Assembly: GCA_051439365.1 (NCBI GenBank)
Contig: JBFRWC010000300.1
Span: forward strand, 1 to 42,382
Length of the DNA stretch: 42,382 bases
Origin: Leptolyngbyaceae cyanobacterium
GTDB taxonomy: Bacteria > Cyanobacteriota > Cyanobacteriia > CAKZMO01
Direction: 5' to 3'
The position numbers and the translations under genes were made by a program. The first letter of the stretch is position 1. Each line of letters begins with the position of its first letter. Under the pieces are notes generated by a model that was given only the letters and a program-made list of their open reading frames with translations, did not search any database and was not told the origin of the DNA. Shown here one piece after another: positions 1 to 7,200 of this stretch.

Positions 1-800
1 ACCGTAAAGTCATCGTCCCCCTGCAAAATGTTGTGGCGGAGACGCAGCAAATTTCTGATTTGGTAAACTGCCGCGTTGGTTGAATCTGGTTGATCCAAGG
101 AAATGGCAATCACCTGCACGCTGGGGCTGGTTTTGCCCGTTTCCTGTCCGGTTAGCTGACTTACCATTACATTAATGGGAATGTAAACGGCCTCGTCCTG
201 GTTTTGACCGAAGGAGGAACCCCGCTCCGCCACCACGCCACTGACGGTAAAGCTGAGGTTATTGATGCGAATTTTGCGTCCCACTGGATCTTGGTTGCCA
301 AATAGGGTTTGGGCTGTGGCACTGCCCAGCACCGCCACCCGCTCATTGGTGTGGAGATCTATCGGATTCAAGAACTGGCCTTGTTCCATCTGGATATCCC
401 GTACCACCTGGTAGTCTGGGGTAGTTCCGGTAATGTTGGCTTGGGTTTCTACGGCTCCTTGGGTGATGCGAAAGCGCTGGTTCTTCTGGGGGGCGATCGC
501 ACTCACCGCCGCTACCTCTTGAGTAATGGCTTCCGCATCCGCCAGGGTGAGGGTATCGGCCTGGGTGGTGCCAGCTAGTGGTCCTCGTTGGGCATCACCG
601 GGAGTGATAAAGAGCAGATTGGTGCCGAGGGAATCGAATTGAGCTGTGACAAATCCTTGGGTGGATTCCCCTGCCGCCACCATCGCAATCACAGAGGCGT
701 TACCAATAATAATCCCCAGCATGGTGAGACCACTTTGTAATTTATTGGCAGCCAGGGTTTTGACCGCCATCTTGGCATTTTCGAGAAATTTAAATCCCAT
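1..800 (-). CDS. ABC transporter permease, MacB/DevC-like (FtsX family); 5' portion only, gene continues past window start
   Basis: Absent from the ORF track because there is no stop inside the window. Minus-strand translation from ATG 800..798 reads MGFKFLENAKMAVKTLAANKLQSGLTMLGIIIGNASVIAMVAAGEST..., i.e. an N-terminal TM helix. A MacB-type periplasmic domain follows (VAVLGSATAQTLFGNQDPVGRKIRINNLSFTVSGVV). A GGAGA lies just upstream, and the gene starts 16 nt after the adaptor gene stop, matching devB-devC order. Confidence 0.8.
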   Translation of the reverse strand, partial: MGFKFLENAKMAVKTLAANKLQSGLTMLGIIIGNASVIAMVAAGESTQGFVTAQFDSLGTNLLFITPGDAQRGPLAGTTQADTLTLADAEAITQEVAAVSAIAPQKNQRFRITQGAVETQANITGTTPDYQVVRDIQMEQGQFLNPIDLHTNERVAVLGSATAQTLFGNQDPVGRKIRINNLSFTVSGVVAERGSSFGQNQDEAVYIPINVMVSQLTGQETGKTSPSVQVIAISLDQPDSTNAAVYQIRNLLRLRHNILQGDDDFT

Positions 801-816
801 CATTGTTCTCCAATGG

Positions 817-1986
817 TTATGGTTCCGGTGGCAGTTCCAGGAAAATGCGATCGCCCCCATCCAACCCCGCCAAAATCTCAGTTTTCCCGGTTTGAGTAAT
901 ACCCACGGTAACGGGTTGGAATGCTGGATTTCCCTCACTGTCTGGCATTTGCACGCCAAGTTGTCCATCCTGGGTGGCGATCGCCACCGTCGGCACCATC
1001 AGGGCATCGGTTACGGTCTCACCAATAAAGGCAGCATCCACGGTCATCCCCGATCGCAGTTGGTCGGTGCCCGTCAACAATTCCACCACCACCTGAAATG
1101 TGGTGACATTATTTTCAATGATGGCCTCTGGGGCAATGCGTTGCACCTGACCTTGGTAAACCTGATTGGGAAAGGCTTCTGCCACAATCTCAACCGCTTG
1201 GCCCACTTGAATTTGGCCAATATTGGCTTCTAAAATATCAATTTCGACTTCCAACCCGGATGACAACGCCAAAATTGAACTCGAAGTTGCAGATGCCGTA
1301 GACGACGCCGTAGTTGTGGGTGTAACGATCGCGCCCATCGTGGCGTAGGTTTGGGTGACGTAGCCGCTAAACGGGGCACGAATATTTGCCTCTGCCAGTT
1401 CCGTTTCAACCACTGCCAGTTGAGCCTGAGCCGCTGCCACATTCGCTGCCGCCGCCGCAATTTCTTCAGGCCGGGAACCGCTGGCGATCGCCTCAAGCTG
1501 TTGTTCTGCCTCATCAAAATTGGCTACCGCACTCTTGGCTTCACTCACATATTGGTCCAACTCATTTTGGGAAATTGCCCCCTGCTGCGCCAGATCCTCA
1601 AACCGAGCCAACCGAGCAGCAGTCAGATCCACTTGGGATTGGGCCGTGACTAAACGGGCTTCCGCTTGGCGAATTTCCTCATCACGATTGCCAGCTAACA
1701 CCTTGGCATAATCGGCTTCGGCCTGGGCAAGCTGAGCCTGTCGTTGCTGTCGCTCAGCGGTCAAACTGCCCACTTCCATCCGGGCTACCACCTGACCTGC
1801 CTCAACGCGATCGCCCTGCTGGACATAGAGTTCTGCTACCCGCCCGGTGGTTTTGGGACTAAGGTTCACGCTGTCTTTGGAGATGACCGTACCGCTGCCC
1901 TCCACCCGAATGGCTAAAGTCTCATAGGTGACAGGAACGGTTAACGACTCTAATATCTCTGCTCGGTTAGTGTCCTGTCTAGTCAT
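817..1986 (-). CDS. HlyD/DevB-family efflux adaptor (membrane-fusion protein); anchorless as delimited by the ORF track
   Basis: 389-aa ORF. It has a lipoyl-like hairpin (VNLSPKTTGRVAELYVQQGDRVEAGQVVARM), a long Ala/Gln/Glu-rich coiled-coil region and a second hairpin half (IRAPFSGYVTQ). It sits directly upstream of the permease gene. Confidence 0.85.
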   Translation of the reverse strand: MTRQDTNRAEILESLTVPVTYETLAIRVEGSGTVISKDSVNLSPKTTGRVAELYVQQGDRVEAGQVVARMEVGSLTAERQQRQAQLAQAEADYAKVLAGNRDEEIRQAEARLVTAQSQVDLTAARLARFEDLAQQGAISQNELDQYVSEAKSAVANFDEAEQQLEAIASGSRPEEIAAAAANVAAAQAQLAVVETELAEANIRAPFSGYVTQTYATMGAIVTPTTTASSTASATSSSILALSSGLEVEIDILEANIGQIQVGQAVEIVAEAFPNQVYQGQVQRIAPEAIIENNVTTFQVVVELLTGTDQLRSGMTVDAAFIGETVTDALMVPTVAIATQDGQLGVQMPDSEGNPAFQPVTVGITQTGKTEILAGLDGGDRIFLELPPEP

Positions 1987-2001
1987 TGGTACGGATGAAC
2001 G

Positions 2002-2238
2002 CTATACTGCAATGCCGCCTCTGAGAAGTAACAGGATACTAAGGGCCAGTGCCCTATTGCGCCAGGACCAACGATGGGGTTTTAGTGCTGTTGTTGTAGA
2101 TGATTGGGTTGTGGGGGAGTGGGGTTTAGATGAGAGATTTGCAGTGGCATTTGCAGCGGCATTTGCAGTGGCGATCGCGTCATGCTGGTCTGTAGGGAGC
2201 ATCGTTACTGTGCCGTTGGTGCAAGTGTGCTTATTCAT
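2002..2238 (-). other. Same-frame upstream segment encoding the adaptor's missing cytoplasmic tail and TM anchor, closed by TAG 2004..2002
   Basis: 78-aa ORF ending ...HRWSWRNRALALSILLLLRGGIAV-TAG. Codon-by-codon reading shows the TAG is in frame with ATG 1986, with 5 sense codons (RSSVP) between them. Confidence 0.5.
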
Positions 2239-2376
2239 GGCAATACTGAATGTTAGATTCAGTTTAGAGTCAGTGCATAATTGGGATTGAAAGAAAACTC
2301 CTCCCAGCCTTTTGGCTAGAGACCAAGAGGAGTGACGTGACGGAGTATAAGATACATTCAGAAACGATATGTCGTT

Positions 2377-2820
2377 TTAGATCTGGCTAACGATCGTCAT
2401 TTCCAGAATGCTTTCAATTTGTTCAGGATTTAGAATGTCTTGAAGCTCATTAACCATTGCTTCACGAGCTTCGACAATCTGCTTTGCTTGCTCCTCAGTC
2501 AAGTCTAATTCTTCTGTCAGTGCTTGAGCATTGTGGGCTTGAGGTTGCATCTGAGATTGCATTTCTTCCCGTTCAGCTTGCAACAGTTCAAGCTGTTCAG
2601 ACGTGAGGATATCTTCGACTTCGGATCGAAAACCTCGCATCACGCCAGCTAGTTGACGCATTTGCGATCGGCTCAGATCCATCTCTTCGGCCATTTCCCG
2701 CATGGCCTGCCGACTAACTTGGGCTGTAGCAGGCTGAACAGTAAAGCTTCCGATGCCTAGGATCATTGTTCCAATCACCAAGGGGCTGATGATTTGTTTG
2801 GGCGTGAATTGGATTTGCAT
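2377..2820 (-). CDS. Periplasmic LTXXQ-motif protein (Spy/CpxP-like)
   Basis: 147 aa. Signal-peptide-like N-terminus (IISPLVIGTMILGIGSFTVQPATAQ). The rest is helical and acidic with repeated LTXXQ-type motifs (LSRSQ, LTSEQ, LTEEQ, LNPEQ). Confidence 0.6.
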   Translation of the reverse strand: MQIQFTPKQIISPLVIGTMILGIGSFTVQPATAQVSRQAMREMAEEMDLSRSQMRQLAGVMRGFRSEVEDILTSEQLELLQAEREEMQSQMQPQAHNAQALTEELDLTEEQAKQIVEAREAMVNELQDILNPEQIESILEMTIVSQI

Positions 2821-3027
2821 AGAATTCTCCGATTGATTAGTAACGGGTTATGTTCTTTGTGTGGAACAGGTTCATCCTATGAAATTTGAGTGGAATTACG
2901 CTTGTAGCAAACGTCCTATTTCCCAAGGGACTAAAGTCCTTCAACCTCAGGACTCTGCGCCCTACTGATACAAAAAAACACTGGTTAGAGTGGGTTCATA
3001 CCGTTTAGCACACAAGGAATATTCGCC

Positions 3028-3996
3028 ATGAGCAACCGAACGAAAACCCAACGTCAAAACTTGAAAAATCTGTTTCAAGACATCAAAACTAGTATTAATG
3101 TCTCTCGCTCAGAAATCGAGTTTTCCTCATTCAAGCAGGATTTGAAGGCAGCATTGAAGGATGGCAATTTTACCCGCAGGGAATTTCGAGCTACTCAAAA
3201 AGAGGTGAAATCAATCATCAAAGAGGCAGATATTTCCGTGGAAGATGCGGAAACCTTGTTGACAGACTTACAGAAAATTGCCGTGGAAGCGGGGACAAAG
3301 CGACCAATTACTCTTTCCAAAGAACAACAAGAAAATATCCAGAAATTAATTGTAAATGTGCAAGAAAGTGTTGATTCTCCCCCCGATCAAGAGTTAATCA
3401 ATGAGTTGCGAACCACGTTGACCGATGCGTTGAGTGATGGGGAACTGACGGAGGATGAATGGGTGGCGATCGCCCAGGACACCATTGAAGTTGTCGCCTC
3501 TGTGGGAGTTACTGCTGAAGAAGCCCGCATCATTTTCTACGACTTGCAGGATATTGCTAATACCTCCCAGTTACCCAGAACCAACGATGATCTGACAGGT
3601 ACTGATGAAAATGATATCCTTTGGGACGGGCTGGGGAATGACACCTTGACCGGGACTGGAGCCAATGGCGGCGTGGGTGAAACTGACTGGCTCATCGGCG
3701 GTGGTGGCAAGGATCGGTTTGTGTTGGGCGATCGCCAACAGGCTTTCTATAATGATGGCCAAGCCTTCACGGCAGGTCTCTCAGACTTTGCCGCAGTTCT
3801 GGACTTTAATGTCAACCATGATGTGATTCAACTGCATGGATCAGCGGCAACCTATCAACTGGCCGAACTGCCGGACAGCGTGGGCATCTCAGGGACAGGC
3901 ATCTATCAGACAGAAGGAGAGACTACGCCAGAACTAATTGGAGTGGTTGTGGGTGTGACCTTGACCGATATGTCATCAGGGTTTGCATTTGTCTAG
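3028..3996 (+). CDS. Calcium-binding protein with hemolysin-type (RTX-like) Gly/Asp repeats; no signal peptide
   Basis: 322 aa, ATG preceded by AAGGAA. C-terminal half reads GTDENDILWDGLGNDTLTGTGANGGVGETDWLIGGGGKDRFVLGD, followed by ...DVIQLHGSAATYQL...GTGIY...ELIGVVVGV. The N-terminus is hydrophilic (MSNRTKTQRQNLKN). Confidence 0.7.
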   Translation: MSNRTKTQRQNLKNLFQDIKTSINVSRSEIEFSSFKQDLKAALKDGNFTRREFRATQKEVKSIIKEADISVEDAETLLTDLQKIAVEAGTKRPITLSKEQQENIQKLIVNVQESVDSPPDQELINELRTTLTDALSDGELTEDEWVAIAQDTIEVVASVGVTAEEARIIFYDLQDIANTSQLPRTNDDLTGTDENDILWDGLGNDTLTGTGANGGVGETDWLIGGGGKDRFVLGDRQQAFYNDGQAFTAGLSDFAAVLDFNVNHDVIQLHGSAATYQLAELPDSVGISGTGIYQTEGETTPELIGVVVGVTLTDMSSGFAFV

Positions 3997-4014
3997 GGTT
4001 CAGCACACCTAAAT

Positions 4015-4033
4015 AGATCCCATTTGGGGATCT
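4015..4033 (+). terminator. Candidate hairpin downstream of the RTX-like gene
   Basis: AGATCCC-atttg-GGGATCT (7-bp stem) followed only by TT. The U-tail is weak. Confidence 0.3.
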
Positions 4034-4243
4034 TTAAGAACGGTAGAATGCATGAAACCTCCCCCACCTGCTACCGCGAGGATGGAGAGTGCGACGAATT
4101 TTGTTCAAAAATGGTGCTTCAAAAATGAAGTCTTCCAGTTGTTGAAGGGATCGTAAGTGGATACGACTTGCTGAACCTCACGATTAGTGGGGTTCAGCGG
4201 CACAGAGGGACAAACTAAAAGACTTGGGCGAAACTAGGCAGAT

Positions 4244-7200
4244 TTAAGCGGTGCGGCTTACCTCCAGGTAGTCAAAATTTCCACCACTGCGGCCCGTTGC
4301 CGTTAGTCGGATCGTATTGAGACCTGCATCCAGATTGAGCGATCGCGTTAGCAAGTCCCAATCATCCCAGCTTAGGGTGTTAGCGAACTCAATCCGTTCC
4401 ACCGTTTGGCCATTGACCGATAGATCCAGGGGACGTTGGCCTTTCCCCAAACTATAGCGCCAAGCTAAGTCGTATTCTCCTGCCGTTTCGGCATCAACCG
4501 ACCACTCAATGAAGGCTCCATCTTTGCCTCGGAAGTCCACTAGTTGACCGTCTACCCCAGATTGAGAACGAGCGATCGCCCCATTTAACCAAGCATCTTC
4601 TGCCTGCAAACGGGTCACACTGGGAGGCTCGGTGGGAGGGGCGGGGGTCGGGTCAGGATTGGGAGTCGGTGAGGGGCTGGGATCAACGGGCTGGGGACTC
4701 GGGGACTCGGTCACGGTTGTGGGCGTGATCGTTAAAGAGTCAAAATCACCGCCGCTCTTGCCAATGGCGGTCAATCGAATGGTGTTCGCCCCAGCTTTGA
4801 GATCTAGGGTACGGGTGAGGTTTTCCCAGGTATTCCAATCCGCCGTGTTGGGGAAATCAAGACTGGCCTCCACTACTTCGCCATTGATGCTGAGAGCAAG
4901 GGGGCGATCGCCACGGCCTAATGTATAGCGCCAGGATAGATCATAGGTTCCTGGTTGGGCCATGTCCACCGACCATTCAATGAACGCTCCATCCTGCCCC
5001 CGGAAGTCTACAAATTCCCCATCCTCAGCACCCGGTTTTGTCCGGACGATCGCCCCACTCAACCGAGCCTCTTCCGCCGGTAGCGTCACACTGGACTCAC
5101 CAGAAATCGGGTTAGGGCTGGGGCTAGGATTAGGATTGGGGCTGGGATTAGGATTAGGGCTGGGTGTAGGCGTAGCATCAATCGGCGGCTCAGTTACGGG
5201 TGGATCGCTGGGGGGAGTGTCATCCGGGCTGGGACTGGGACTGGGGCCAGAATCCCCAAGTCCACTGTCATTCGGTTGTCCGATCGGATTCATTACTGAT
5301 CCCGTTTGAGCGATGATCTTGCCGTTCCGAACCGTTGCTTTTATTGTCGCTGATGCCCCCTGGTTATCGTAAACCGTGAGGGCAACCGTATGATCCCCCT
5401 GGCCCAACGTGCGATTTACCGTCCATCCCCAATCGTCGTAAACCCCGTCATCATTAAAATCCCAGGCATAAGAGGCGATCGTGTTGTGGTTATCCGTTAA
5501 CTTATAGACCGGATAATCAGGATCAACTGAGGCTCGACCGTTAAAGGTGAGTTCGTTTCCAGCAGACGATACACTAAACTTGGCGACTGGTGCTTGGTTG
5601 TCCGAGGGCGGTTCAAAATACAACTCCCCACTCATCTGATAGTACGGATTGAAGGGGTTGTAATTACGGCTACTCATCATTGAGGTATCCTGTGCCCGAT
5701 CCCCAGCCCGTCCCGGAGTCGCCGCTAAATTATAGGTGTTGTTGGCAAAATATCCACCGATCAATTGTCCCGGTCCCAATGGTCCCTCACTGGACAGGTT
5801 CAGCCCTTGACCTTCCGTTTGCTGAACCAGTGCCCCCACTTCAAAGCCTTCAACCCGATTATTCTTCAGCGTCACGTAACGCGCATTTTTCGCTAGGAAA
5901 ATGCCATGACCATACATGCCATTGTTGTCTGCTCCAACAAAATTGCCTCGTTCCAGGGGATCAGTCATGTCACCCAAAAAGAGGGAATTTTCCACGTTGG
6001 TGTGAGCTGCATAACCAATACCGAGACCAAAATGACGCACCCCCCAGACTTTCATATTGTCAATGGTGGCGCGGGTTTGATGCCCTAGATTGAAGAATCG
6101 ATCTCGGGCTACGTCATCCCGTAACACTCCCCGGATCTCTGCCCCAGACTCACTGTTGTAGGCCACATTCCCCGACCAGGGGCCAGGATTCGGCACTTTC
6201 CACGCATGAATTTCGCTGGCTCCGTTGGCAATATGGCGCAGATGGCTGGGCAAGGTGGAGACGGGCACTTTGACTAGACCAGGGGTGGGAGTCTTCAAGT
6301 TGTTGCCCCGTTTGTCCTCCGTAAATTCGTTGTCGTTGTGACCATAGAAAAGGTAGGCAGTTTCCCTCGTGCTAGTGACAATATTGTCCTCTAACGCGAA
6401 GGCGCTGTAGGGGGCATCAAGCCAGAACCCATAGCCTTGGACCCCAAGATCGCGAATGGCTCCCCGGGGTGTTTTATCCAGTTGTAAGAGACCCCGATTC
6501 ACTTGATTGGTGGACCCTTCAGCTTTGATGGCAATATTGCGGCGAAATTCAGCGATTTCATCCCCGTCTTCGGTAACATAGTGGGCACCCAACACGTCAA
6601 ATGAGACATTATCTTCCACCACGGCTTTACTGCCGTGGATCACGTATCCCCAACCGGGGCTACCATCAATGGCGTTGCCTGTGACCCTTGCTGCAGGGTC
6701 GCTGTAGCTGTTGGCATGTCTGAGGGTCTCATGGAAGTGGAGGGGATAGCGTGCTCGAGGGTTGGTGTTGGGATTGGCTAACTGATCTTTGTTGGACCGT
6801 CCCATGTCATACAAGCCAGCATTGTGGAATTCCACATCCTGATCCATGAACATGATGTGGCCCCGCTCCATAATTTGGGCGTTTTCCCCAGCTTCGGTGC
6901 TGAAGCGAACGTTGCGGGTGAGGTTGGCCACGTAGATGTCGAGGCCATAGCCCTCAGGGACAGTGTGGTCAAACCGAAGAGCATTGCCGTTGACATCGTT
7001 GTGGTTGAAGGTGATTCGGCTGCCGTTGATACTGGTGATGGTCAGTTCTTCGTCTTCAAAGAAGCTGTTGTCATCGTGGGACAAGCTTTTGTCTCTCCAG
7101 TTGATCCGGCCAGCGGTCCCCGTGAGGACGATGCGATCGCCCACCTGCCAGTCATCAGGGATGGGATCATCGAAGGTGAGGGAGCGATCGCCCGCCTTGG

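Noticed and set aside
309-1711. Plus-strand ORFs 309..578, 646..1233, 1351..1653, 1386..1649 and 1520..1711, and minus-strand ORF 1230..1517.
   Set aside because: All are antisense or out of frame to the well-supported permease and HlyD-family genes. Their products are Arg/Pro/Trp-rich, which is typical of shadow frames.
2925-2945. The AAAGTCC string reminiscent of the conserved RNase P RNA motif.
   Set aside because: The intergenic space is only ~200 bp, far too short for rnpB, and none of the other conserved RNase P helices or motifs are present.
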